A stretch of DNA of 64,000 nt from an uncultured Methanolobus sp. (GTDB lineage: Archaea > Halobacteriota > Methanosarcinia > Methanosarcinales > Methanosarcinaceae): positions 864,001-928,000 of the forward strand of contig OY776215.1 of assembly GCA_963675495.1 (NCBI GenBank), written 5' to 3'. The translations under genes and the position numbers were made by a program. Positions within the stretch are counted from its first letter, which is position 1; each line of letters starts with the position of its first letter. Shown here one piece after another: positions 52,844 to 62,336 of the stretch. The notes beneath the pieces are model-generated. The model saw only the letters and a list, made by a program, of their open reading frames with translations, was not told the DNA's origin and did no database searches.

Positions 52844-53517
52844 GCTTCAACCTCTCCCGCATCAATCACATCAGGTTGCTTCTCCCAGTGCTGCAATGCC
52901 TCTTTATGACTTTGTATCCTGTTCTCTAACCATTTATACCTTGGAGATATTTCGTTCATTTCACCCTCAAGTGAAGATATAGAATTATTGTAACTTTCTT
53001 CTGAACTATCGATAGAACTTAATTCCATTTTAGAACTGAGAGCCTGCTTTATCCTTTCATTTATAGCAGCAAGACGATCGTCAATACCTGATGCTTTTGA
53101 ACTAAGAGCAGAGACACTCTGCAAAATAGGATTTACCCTTGCTTGCTCTTCATCAGGAGTAAGTGAACCTTTCACCTTTAAAAGCTTCTCTTTGACCAAA
53201 GACATTTCTCTGGAAAACTCGCTGTTATTGGAAACCGAATCATTCAACTCATCAAGCAATTTTTCTGCCTGGTGGTAGAACAATTGTCTCTTTTCATTTA
53301 ATATCTCTACTTTTTCCAGGACCTTTTCCCTATTGCTTTTAGAGGAATCGATCTTTTCCTGAACTACTTTCATTTTAGTTCCGAGTTCATTGAATTCAGA
53401 AGCATATTCATCTAAGAACTTCTTATGCTTCTTAACAACTCCTTCAATGAGCCCTTTTCTATCAAAGGTGTTTGGCGCATTGTTTTCTACGCCCGAAACC
53501 GCCATCTCATCATTCAT
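52840..53517 (-). CDS. Coiled-coil hypothetical protein
   Basis: Heptad-rich; EKRQLFYHQAEK and WLENRIQSHKEALQHW; overlaps the next gene. Confidence 0.75.
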   Translation of the reverse strand: MNDEMAVSGVENNAPNTFDRKGLIEGVVKKHKKFLDEYASEFNELGTKMKVVQEKIDSSKSNREKVLEKVEILNEKRQLFYHQAEKLLDELNDSVSNNSEFSREMSLVKEKLLKVKGSLTPDEEQARVNPILQSVSALSSKASGIDDRLAAINERIKQALSSKMELSSIDSSEESYNNSISSLEGEMNEISPRYKWLENRIQSHKEALQHWEKQPDVIDAGEVEA

Positions 53518-53535
53518 AACAAAACCTCGTAGCAT

Positions 53536-53826
53536 TTATATCCTGAATACCTGGGCATGTGCTACTTCATTAATAATACGTATATGATCTTTATTTACTA
53601 CACCGCATTTAACGGCACAAGAAACTGCTTTTTCACCGAAGATGTTAATATTGGATGCTTTTGATATAATCTCAATAGCTTTTTCCTCCGATACAATTTC
53701 TCCTTTGTAGAATTCTTCTGTTATTGTAACAGTGATATTTCCTTCTTTAAGGGTTTTCCCTATCAATTCCCTGTCGCATAGGGCAATGATAGTCGTGTCA
53801 CCTGATTTGTGAATCTTTAGATACAT
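53536..53826 (-). CDS. DUF424 family protein
   Basis: IIALCDRELIGKT, EEFYKGE, NIFGEKAV, HAQ. Confidence 0.85.
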   Translation of the reverse strand: MYLKIHKSGDTTIIALCDRELIGKTLKEGNITVTITEEFYKGEIVSEEKAIEIISKASNINIFGEKAVSCAVKCGVVNKDHIRIINEVAHAQVFRI

Positions 53827-53838
53827 GGGATCACTTCT

Positions 53839-55929
53839 TCAAACTACCTTTACGTGTTCTTTATCGGGTTTTATTAAATCACCGGAACGTCTCATCTTGG
53901 ATATCAGCTCTTCAGCATGTTGCCGGTCTATCTGTTGGTTCTGAGCCTCCGCATAGACCTCCTCAAGTGGTGCCTTGCCACCAGGATGCTTTTCACCGAC
54001 CATTTTAATGACCTCTTTGATTATCTTTATTCTGTCCCTCTGGCTCTTGCTTGTACCGGAAGCTATGACATCCACATCAAATGCACCTGTATCAGGATCA
54101 ACACCAACCTGGCGCAGACATGAATAAACTATCTTAGTTGTTCTTTTGGCATCATCCATTGTCGCAACGTTACTGAGACGCAAGCGTGCGCTGGCCTCGG
54201 CAAGTCTTACAAGGGCTTCGAGCTGACGTGCAGTGACCGGAACTGGGGCATCCTTACCATCCCCCATCTTTCGCAGGTCCATGTAGAACTTTACAAGATG
54301 TTCACGTGCATCATCTTCCATTACAGGGAAAATATTCCTTCTTGAATAAGCAATATACTTCCTGAGCATATCGGCATCAATGACAGGCTTGATAACTTCC
54401 ATGTGACCGTCGACCTGTTCCTGGGTAACAGTGCTTGTAGGCAGGTTCTTGCGTTGTTCAGAGAGTTCACCGGCGTAATGAGACTTAAGAATGTGTTTGG
54501 CTATCTTTGAATCCATATCCTCATTCGGCGTATCCAGCATAACAAATATCATATCAAATCTTGAGATAAGGGCAGGTGGCATGTTAATCTGCTGGGCTAT
54601 ACCCTCATACCTGTCAAAACGCCCGTATTTTGGATTTGCAGCACCAAGAAGTGCACATCGCGATTTCAGTGTGGCAAGAATTCCTGCTTTTGCTACACTT
54701 ATGGTTTGCTGTTCCATTGCTTCGTGGAGTGCGCTCTTGTCCTCTGTGCTCATCTTATCCATTTCGTCCACTGCAGCAATACCCATGTCAGCCATGACAA
54801 GGGCACCTGCTTCCAATGTCCAGCGACCATCTCCCAGATCATCCTTTACTGCTGCGGCGGTCAGACCGCTTGAAGAAGCACTCTTACCTGATGCAAAAAC
54901 TCCCCTTGGAGAGAGTTTGACCATGTAACGAAGCAGCTGACTTTTTGCAACACCGGGATCACCTATAAAGAGCATATGGATATCACCACGCACCCTGGAA
55001 CCATCTGGAAGATGTTTGGCAACACCTGAGAACAGTTGAAGTGAAAGGGCTTCTTTCACATCCTCATAACCATAGATTGAAGGAGCTATTGAACCGATCA
55101 TTTTATTGTATATTTCCGGGTCCTTGCTCATGGCACGGATCTCTTCCTCTTCTTCAGGGCTTATCTCAAGTTCATCAAATTCCAGATCCATGTATTCTAT
55201 GGAATTAGCATGTAAGACCAGATCATAGAAAGGAGATTTGCCTTCTCTGGTGGTTCGCTGATGAGAACGCAGGACTCCATTGATAATAACACGATCCCCG
55301 GGTTTCACAATACCTGCAAGGTCATCCTCGATATCTACATCAAGACTCTGAGGTTGTGAACCACCTTTAAGGTTCTCAGGAGATTCCTGTATCTGGAGTT
55401 TCTGCGCATCAATAAAAACTGACTGGTTTATAAGTATCTTGAATGGACCTTTTCGGCCACATGTTTCATTTTCACAATCAATGGGTTCTATAAATTTGAT
55501 CTCTGTCTGGGGAACCATTGTCACATGTTCACAACGCATGCACTGGAATGCAGCATTGAGAACCTTAGGCCGAACTTCTGTTGCCTTACGGATCATCCCC
55601 TCAATAGCAACGAACTGTAGGAGATGTTTACTACGAAGATCCCTGTTAGGTATCTTATTAGGTATCCTTACAAAACGGACCTTTGCATCAATAAGGCTTT
55701 TCTCAACAGGAAGATCGATCTGCTGAAGTGCATTGTCTGCACTTGGCATTACCTCATCCGGATTAAAAAGAAGCTCACTAGCTATTTCCCTGTCAAATAT
55801 CTCAAGATCAGAGAACTCAACTTCGAGACTACGCTGGTCAGGATAATTGTTCGCGAGTTGCAGAACGCCATCCCAATAATATTTTTTAAGGAACACTACA
55901 AATTTTTCGTCCCACTTACCTTCAGTCAT
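53839..55929 (-). CDS. mcm: Replicative DNA helicase MCM
   Basis: Zn finger CMRC..C..C, GDPGVAKSQ, GLTAA, VDEMDKM, EAMEQQTISVAKAG, SRFD, TARQLE; no intein. Confidence 0.97.
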   Translation of the reverse strand: MTEGKWDEKFVVFLKKYYWDGVLQLANNYPDQRSLEVEFSDLEIFDREIASELLFNPDEVMPSADNALQQIDLPVEKSLIDAKVRFVRIPNKIPNRDLRSKHLLQFVAIEGMIRKATEVRPKVLNAAFQCMRCEHVTMVPQTEIKFIEPIDCENETCGRKGPFKILINQSVFIDAQKLQIQESPENLKGGSQPQSLDVDIEDDLAGIVKPGDRVIINGVLRSHQRTTREGKSPFYDLVLHANSIEYMDLEFDELEISPEEEEEIRAMSKDPEIYNKMIGSIAPSIYGYEDVKEALSLQLFSGVAKHLPDGSRVRGDIHMLFIGDPGVAKSQLLRYMVKLSPRGVFASGKSASSSGLTAAAVKDDLGDGRWTLEAGALVMADMGIAAVDEMDKMSTEDKSALHEAMEQQTISVAKAGILATLKSRCALLGAANPKYGRFDRYEGIAQQINMPPALISRFDMIFVMLDTPNEDMDSKIAKHILKSHYAGELSEQRKNLPTSTVTQEQVDGHMEVIKPVIDADMLRKYIAYSRRNIFPVMEDDAREHLVKFYMDLRKMGDGKDAPVPVTARQLEALVRLAEASARLRLSNVATMDDAKRTTKIVYSCLRQVGVDPDTGAFDVDVIASGTSKSQRDRIKIIKEVIKMVGEKHPGGKAPLEEVYAEAQNQQIDRQHAEELISKMRRSGDLIKPDKEHVKVV

Positions 55930-56008
55930 GGTTACACAATAATTAGTTAAAAGTCATTTAGGGAATCCAACATAGCCTTCAAATGATATGAACATTTCGA
56001 AACATACC

Positions 56009-56728
56009 TCAAATGACATCATCATACGGGTCGCTTTCACCGATGTACTGCCTCTGCATCTTGCGAATGATTCCGCGAAGTGTCTGTACTTCCCTTGGAA
56101 GCAGGCAAGCTCTTCCAAATATTCTCCTGAGCATCAGCTCGGTCTTTTCCCTCTTATGCTCCGGATAGTCAATATCATTAAGGAGTTCGGCAAGATGCTC
56201 ATACAATAATTGAATATCAAAGGGTTCTGCCAGTGGAGTATCACCATTTGTGATTTCGCTTAACTCGTAAAGAACAACAGCTACAGCATGTGACAGGTTC
56301 ATGACCGGATAGATATCTGATGTGGGAATCGTCATGATCATATCACATTTCTTTAGCTCATCTTTTGCAAAACCATTGTCTTCCCTTCCAAAAAGTATTG
56401 CCACCTTGCCACTTAAGCCTGACAGACGTTCTTTCATCTCACTAGGAGAGTATCCCGGAACTCTCAAATGCAGATCGAACCTTGAACCGGATATACCCGT
56501 AGTACCTATGATAATACTACAGTCATCAATAGCCTCTTCAAGAGTTGAGACTATTCTTGCATTTTCCAGTATATCCCTTGCATGTGAGGACATTGCCCTT
56601 GCTTCCCCTTCAAGTTTACAGGGATTTACAAGCACAAGGTCAGAGAAACCAAAATTCTTCATTGCCCTTGTAACAGAGCCAACATTCCCCTGATACAGGG
56701 GTTCAACAAGTACTATTCTAAGGTCCAT
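56009..56728 (-). CDS. trmJ: SPOUT RNA methyltransferase, TrmJ family
   Basis: VLVEPLYQGNVGSVTRAMKNFG, FGREDNG, YPVMNLSHAV. Confidence 0.88.
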   Translation of the reverse strand: MDLRIVLVEPLYQGNVGSVTRAMKNFGFSDLVLVNPCKLEGEARAMSSHARDILENARIVSTLEEAIDDCSIIIGTTGISGSRFDLHLRVPGYSPSEMKERLSGLSGKVAILFGREDNGFAKDELKKCDMIMTIPTSDIYPVMNLSHAVAVVLYELSEITNGDTPLAEPFDIQLLYEHLAELLNDIDYPEHKREKTELMLRRIFGRACLLPREVQTLRGIIRKMQRQYIGESDPYDDVI

Positions 56729-56989
56729 TTAAAAGTACAACCATTAAGTCCTTTTGTGATTTGCGTTACTTAAGCATGTTACGACATATAAGGTTAATTA
56801 GACTGAAACACTTTATGATGTGTGAATTTAATGCAACAAAAGGGCTCCTGATATAGATTTCCTTGATGAAAATGTTTAAATATCATTGAGACTACAATCA
56901 TGCAAACCAAACCGGTTACTTATAAGTAAAAAACAAAAACAATTTTTCTTGTAACTATTATACTTATATCGATATCAGGAGAAAACTAA

Positions 56990-57787
56990 ATGTCTATGGA
57001 GTATTTTGCAGGCGTAAGTGACGCCTTAAGACTTACTTTTGTGCAGGTTATGATTATGGCAAATCTGTCCATTGGTATTTTCATTATAGGAATGTATATA
57101 AACATAAAGAAGTGGGGAATGGGCTCCACTGGCTACGGGCAGACACCTTCTAAAAGCATTTTAGCTTTCCCTAAGATGCTCATGTACCAGATGAACGAGC
57201 ATGCCCATGTCCACAACCAATCCGTTCTGGAAACTTTTATACTTGACATACTGTTCCAGAGAAGGATACTGAGAAGAAGCCCCCTCAGATGGTTCATGCA
57301 CTTCACTATTTTCGTTGGATGGATGGTACTCTTTATCATGTCAATGTTGATGTTCCTTGTAGAAATGATACACATGATAGGAGAAAAGGTAGGATATGCA
57401 CACTCTCTGCCTGAATTTATGACACCGGCAATCTTCAGAGAGATTCTCGCCGTACCAAACGACATATTCAGTTACATACTGCTTGTTGGTATCATCATTG
57501 CAATCTACAGAAGACTGTTCGTTGCAAAGATGAGGGAAGCTACCATTGCGTACGACTCAGTACTTCTTATCGGACTTACCGTTATCACAGTATCAGGATT
57601 CATTGCAGACGGAATCAGAACCGGAAGATTCTGGGGATTCGCTATGCCTGTTGAATGGGCACCGCCAGCATCACTGTTCCACGTAATCATTTCACTGCTG
57701 TTCTGCATAGCATACATCCCATTCAGTAAGTACATACACATGATCGCAATACCACTCGCACTCCTTGCAAACAAGGGAGGAGAATAA
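56990..57787 (+). CDS. hdrE: CoB-CoM heterodisulfide reductase subunit E (cytochrome b)
   Basis: [38 protein letters not shown]; upstream of hdrD. Confidence 0.92.
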   Translation: MSMEYFAGVSDALRLTFVQVMIMANLSIGIFIIGMYINIKKWGMGSTGYGQTPSKSILAFPKMLMYQMNEHAHVHNQSVLETFILDILFQRRILRRSPLRWFMHFTIFVGWMVLFIMSMLMFLVEMIHMIGEKVGYAHSLPEFMTPAIFREILAVPNDIFSYILLVGIIIAIYRRLFVAKMREATIAYDSVLLIGLTVITVSGFIADGIRTGRFWGFAMPVEWAPPASLFHVIISLLFCIAYIPFSKYIHMIAIPLALLANKGGE

Positions 57788-57789
57788 AA

Positions 57790-59037
57790 ATGGCAAAACG
57801 TGAACCTTCAATTAATACAGAGAACTTTACAGCAGTCCAGCTCATGGAACTTGACTCATGCAGTCGCTGTGGCGAATGTGTGGAATGGTGTCCAACATAC
57901 GATGCATCCGGAAAAAACCCCGGACTTGCACCAAGGGATAAGATACTCAGGTGGAGAGAGTACATGAACAAGTCCTACGGACTTCGTGCAAAGCTCTTTG
58001 GGCCAAAGGAAATCCCTGAAGAAGAAATAGAAGAATTCAAGGACGATGTATACGGCTGTACAACCTGCGGAATGTGTGGAACTGTCTGTGAATCGGGAAT
58101 CAACACTGTAGAATTATGGGAATCCATGCGTGCAAACCTCGTAAAACGTGGAAACGGCCCATTTGGTAAGCAGGGTGCTTTCCTCAAACTCATTGGGCAG
58201 TACAAGAATCCCTACATGGCAGACAACAAGGACAGGACAAACTGGTTCCCTGAAGACGTCAAGATCGAAGAAAAAGCAGAAGTACTCTACTATGGAGGAT
58301 GTACTGCAGAGCTTAGACAAAGAAAGCTTGCACTTGCAACAGCACGTGTACTCAATAAGTTAGGCATCAAGTTCACAATGCTCGGTGAAGATGAGATATG
58401 CTGTGGTTCTGCACTTATCAGAACAGGGCAGTACTATGTCGATGATATTGCAAAGAAAAATGCACAGACAAACATAGATAATATCGCTGCAAGAGGTGCA
58501 AAAACAGTACTTTACGCATGTGCAGGATGTTACAGATCATCACTCATTGACTGGCCAAGACTCACAGGACAGGAACTTCCCTTCAAGGTAGTTCACATTA
58601 CGGAATTCCTGCAGGATCTTATCGAGAAAGGTGAGATCAAATGGGAGAAATCAATTGACAAGAAGGTCACATACCACGACCCATGCCACCTTGGACGTCA
58701 CGTTGGTGTATACGAACCACCAAGAGCAGTCCTTGAAGCAATTCCTGGAATCGAATTTGTCGAGATGGACAGGATCAAAGAGAACCAGCGCTGCTGTGGA
58801 GCTGGCGGTGGTGTCAAGGCAGGTATTCCAGATCTTGCACTCGGTGTTGCATCAACACGTGTTGAGGATGCACTTGCAACAAAAGCAGACCTCCTTTCAA
58901 GCGCCTGCCCATTCTGTAAGAGAAATCTCAGTGATGGAAGAGATGCAGTCGGTGCAAAGGAACTTGAGGTTGAAGATGTCATTGTTCTGACTGCAGAAGC
59001 AATGGGAATCGACCTTAGTGACACACCAGACGAGTGA
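57790..59037 (+). CDS. hdrD: CoB-CoM heterodisulfide reductase subunit D
   Basis: [23 protein letters not shown], two CCG domains, HDPCHLGR. Confidence 0.94.
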   Translation: MAKREPSINTENFTAVQLMELDSCSRCGECVEWCPTYDASGKNPGLAPRDKILRWREYMNKSYGLRAKLFGPKEIPEEEIEEFKDDVYGCTTCGMCGTVCESGINTVELWESMRANLVKRGNGPFGKQGAFLKLIGQYKNPYMADNKDRTNWFPEDVKIEEKAEVLYYGGCTAELRQRKLALATARVLNKLGIKFTMLGEDEICCGSALIRTGQYYVDDIAKKNAQTNIDNIAARGAKTVLYACAGCYRSSLIDWPRLTGQELPFKVVHITEFLQDLIEKGEIKWEKSIDKKVTYHDPCHLGRHVGVYEPPRAVLEAIPGIEFVEMDRIKENQRCCGAGGGVKAGIPDLALGVASTRVEDALATKADLLSSACPFCKRNLSDGRDAVGAKELEVEDVIVLTAEAMGIDLSDTPDE

Positions 59038-59108
59038 TTTACTTCACTCTTCTTTTTTTTTATTTTCAGGACAAATTGAATATACTTATTAGTACTATTT
59101 ACTTTCAC

Positions 59109-59747
59109 ATGCAAATCCCTTATGAATTACTTGGTAAGGTCTTTATTATACTCGCAATAGCTACAATGGTAGTGCTGGGAATAGCATTATTACTTGGAGC
59201 TTACAGTTTTAAGAAACATAGAATACTGTTTCCAAATTTCGTCCTGTTCATTCTTTATCTGTTCTACGGCCCTGCAAAATGGATATGCAGGATATTTGGC
59301 ATCAAGGATACTCTGGTTGATGAGATATTAGTAGAGGTCCGTAATGCTGTAATGCTTGAAGGATTCAGAAAGATAAAGAATGGTCGAGTCATATTCCTGC
59401 CACAATGCCTGCGCCATCCGGATTGTAAGGCTCGTTGTGACCCTTTGATGGGGTACGAATGCAAAATGTGTGGCCTTTGTGATATAGGAACCATATATAA
59501 AGCTGCTAAGGAAAGGAATTTCGAGGTTTATGTTATACCTGGTGGCAGCTTTGTTAAAAAAATAATCAAAGCACGACGCCCTGAAAGCTGCATAGGAGTA
59601 GCATGTTATCCGGAACTGTCAGAATCCATGCAGGGAGCATCACCTTTTATGATAGTGCAGGGAGTTTCATTATTGCAGGATGGATGTTACAACACCAAAG
59701 TTGACGTTGATGAAGTGATCAGGAAAATGGAGGAGTGCGATGTATAG
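59109..59747 (+). CDS. DUF116 domain protein
   Basis: N-terminal TM; LPQCLR..C, CxxCGxC, IPGGSF, GVAC, GCYNT. Confidence 0.85.
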   Translation: MQIPYELLGKVFIILAIATMVVLGIALLLGAYSFKKHRILFPNFVLFILYLFYGPAKWICRIFGIKDTLVDEILVEVRNAVMLEGFRKIKNGRVIFLPQCLRHPDCKARCDPLMGYECKMCGLCDIGTIYKAAKERNFEVYVIPGGSFVKKIIKARRPESCIGVACYPELSESMQGASPFMIVQGVSLLQDGCYNTKVDVDEVIRKMEECDV

Positions 59748-60360
59748 AACAATAGGAATAATGGTTACTATAATCCTTGTATTATCCGTTCTGCTGGCAC
59801 TCATTGCCTTGGCCGTGAGCCGCATTAGCCTTAACAGGCATGTATGGCTTGCAGGTTTCTTTGCCGGAATACTTGACTTCTTCTATATGCCCTTGAAATA
59901 TTTCTTTTATAAATTCTCAGACCCACGAATACTTGACAAATGGATGGTATCCCTTAAGAACATCTCAAACAGGAATGAGTTTAGTAAGACTCAAAAACGC
60001 ATGATAATAGCGCCTCACTGTATGCGTTCTATGGATTGCCCTGCATCCTCAACAAGAACGGGGATACAATGTGTTTCCTGTGGTAAATGCGTATTTAGCG
60101 AACTTAAGGACGATGCAAAAAAATATGGATATGATCTCTATATCGTAACAGGCTCATCATTTGTAAAACATGTTCTGAAGGTGAAGAACTACGATGCAGC
60201 TTTGCTGATAGCCTGTGATTATGAACTGAACAAGGTCATGATGGGACTTAAAGGCAAGAACCTGATAACATATGGTATTCCCATGCTCAATGATGGGTGT
60301 TTCAATACGAAAGTTGAGTATGATGAAGTGATCAAGACGTTAGAGATGTTTTCTGAGTGA
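59740..60360 (+). CDS. DUF116 domain protein (paralogue)
   Basis: PHCMRSMDC, CVSCGKC, TGSSF, IAC, GCFNT. Confidence 0.85.
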   Translation: MYRTIGIMVTIILVLSVLLALIALAVSRISLNRHVWLAGFFAGILDFFYMPLKYFFYKFSDPRILDKWMVSLKNISNRNEFSKTQKRMIIAPHCMRSMDCPASSTRTGIQCVSCGKCVFSELKDDAKKYGYDLYIVTGSSFVKHVLKVKNYDAALLIACDYELNKVMMGLKGKNLITYGIPMLNDGCFNTKVEYDEVIKTLEMFSE

Positions 60361-60513
60361 AGCATTTAAGTTCCCGCAGGTTAACTCTGTTTTTACTGTT
60401 GAAAAACAGTATCTTTTTTGAATGACATTTCTGTACTATTTATTAATAGGCAATATTCAGTATCAAATCAAAATTTTTATTTGCTATTGAAAAAGATAGA
60501 ATAAACAGAAAAT

Positions 60514-60711
60514 TTGATAGTAGTCGTTGATCTCATTTTTGAGATTTGTTTGCATTCGTACAAGATACAGGACGTTGATTTATTGATCTATGATGTTGTC
60601 GTAGTTGGTGGTGGGCCAAGCGAAGCCATGGCTGCAAAAACATGTGCTGAAAGTGGTTTAAGTGTATTGCTTCTGGAAAAGGAAAAAATACAAAAAAGAT
60701 ATGAAAAATAA
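60514..60711 (+). pseudogene. N-terminal remnant of a geranylgeranyl-reductase-family flavoprotein
   Basis: [31 protein letters not shown] Rossmann start (GxGxxG degraded), stops after about 40 aa. Confidence 0.7.
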
Positions 60712-60721
60712 TACTTAGTGA

Positions 60722-61103
60722 GTGAGGAGAGTAAGCTCCCTTCTGTTGATGCAATACATTCATCCCGCATGGCAGGATTATGCGCTCCTAAGAGCTGCAT
60801 TGACGGCATTCGGCTACGCGTCCACAAACTTCGGGAATGGTCTAAACAACCATTGACCCCTACTCCTGACTTGCACCCACGAGGATTCGCCGTTCCATCC
60901 GCATCCATGCGACCTCAGCTTTTCAGCATCACAGCATTAACATGGTACGGTATCGTTTCTGTGCCAGCATACAGCATAGCTGCATGAGTTGCAAAGCAAC
61001 TGCCCAGGCTCTCGCCTGATACTCTTTACAAGTATTCGTGCGTTTAGAAGGTGGGGAGACTTTCCTCAGGTCAAATGACCCGGCGGCCGTCCTTCCTCTC
61101 TCA
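60722..61103 (-). ncRNA. rnpB: Ribonuclease P RNA (archaeal type A)
   Basis: Minus strand: GAGGAAAGUCUCC, ACAGAAAC, GGAACGGCGAAUCC, GUGCAAG, CCGAAUGCCG, AACAGAAGGGAGCUUA; complementary ends. Confidence 0.93.
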
Positions 61104-61278
61104 TCCAGAAACTGGATACCATGTCATATATACCTTATGATAAAAAACACAGCATTATTACGAATTTTTAATTTCGTAAAAGGTTCCAGTTTAATAGTGG
61201 TTTTTTAAAATAAAGCATCTGCTTAAATTTATTAGAGATTAATCACAACATTTATTAGCGATACAATGAAACAACTGA

Positions 61279-61524
61279 ATGGTTGGTATGAAATATAGCA
61301 GATACCTTATAACAGGTATCACTTTGGTAACAATACTATTGTTGTTCGCCTTCTCAGGAGCAGTTTCTGAAACCGAAACCGAGTTATTCAAAACAAATGG
61401 TTTTGATGCGGCAGAGCATGGATACGGCATATTATTGTTAGGAATAGGATTGCCCCTCCTACTGGCAACAATCTTTATCTATACCAGAATGAGAAAAAGC
61501 GAACCTCTCCAAAAACAAAAGTAA
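61279..61524 (+). CDS. Small membrane/secreted protein
   Basis: Two hydrophobic segments and a basic C-terminus. Confidence 0.45.
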   Translation: MVGMKYSRYLITGITLVTILLLFAFSGAVSETETELFKTNGFDAAEHGYGILLLGIGLPLLLATIFIYTRMRKSEPLQKQK

Positions 61525-61536
61525 GGTGTAATTAAA

Positions 61537-61755
61537 TTAAAGTTTAAGTACACCACAGCCGCAGCCACGGTTCAGCAGGAAATCTACTTTTGAAATAATC
61601 TCTTCCTGATGAAAATCAGACAGCTCTTCGAACTCTTCCTTATGCTTATCCTTTACGTGCTCTATCATTTTTTCCTTAGCTTTCTTTGGATCGTTGTCCA
61701 CCACAATGAAATCATCATTAAAGCCAAGATCCCTGCATCTCAGTATATGTACTAT
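61537..61755 (-). CDS. DUF1059-like small metal-binding protein with ATA start codon
   Basis: Not in the ORF track. GGAGG RBS, 7 nt, ATA; VHILRCRDLGFNDDFIV...EHVKDKH...NRGCGCGVLKL. Confidence 0.65.
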   Translation of the reverse strand: MVHILRCRDLGFNDDFIVVDNDPKKAKEKMIEHVKDKHKEEFEELSDFHQEEIISKVDFLLNRGCGCGVLKL

Positions 61756-61841
61756 GATAAAACCTCCCTGATTTAACTAGAAACTCCTGCTTTATTAATT
61801 TTTGTTTTAACTGCAAAAAGGATATTGATAATGGTCGGACT

Positions 61842-61955
61842 TCAAAGGAAGAACGATACACCAATAACGATGAACAGGATACCGGCACCTATCCGCACAT
61901 ACTCCATGGGAATTCTATTTGCTATGAAATTCCCTAAAAGGATAACAAGACCATC
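61842..61955 (-). pseudogene. TMEM165/GDT1 (UPF0016)-like membrane protein remnant
   Basis: DGLVILLGNFIANRIPMEYVRIGAGILFIVIGVSFFL*, in-frame stop upstream and no start. Confidence 0.5.
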
Positions 61956-62336
61956 ATAAAGTTGGATCTAAATTTGAATTACAATGAATATTTAATAGCC
62001 AGTTCCCTCTAAATCTAGGCTTGATAACATCTCTCTTTTTAAGATAATCCATCCGATTTTATGATACTACAATAGTTTCAATTTGATACGCTAAAGAATA
62101 TACTCAGAAATCCATCTAAACTGTTACAAATTTCAAATAGTATTAAATACTACCAGTCGGAAACAGGCTGGCTGTTGTTGGTAATCCAAGCAAAAAAACC
62201 ATAGATAATAGATACTTTTTAATAATAGCATGCACCAACCGTTAGCCTACTAGTACTATCCAGACGGTTAGGAAAAGGTCGGAGGTAGGAAGACCGACCT
62301 TAAAAAATAGTAACAAAATAGAGGAAGTAATAAAGC

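Noticed and set aside
60588-60987. ORFs 60588..60908 (-) and 60718..60987 (+)
   Set aside because: They overlap the RNase P RNA gene; spurious frames in GC-rich structured RNA
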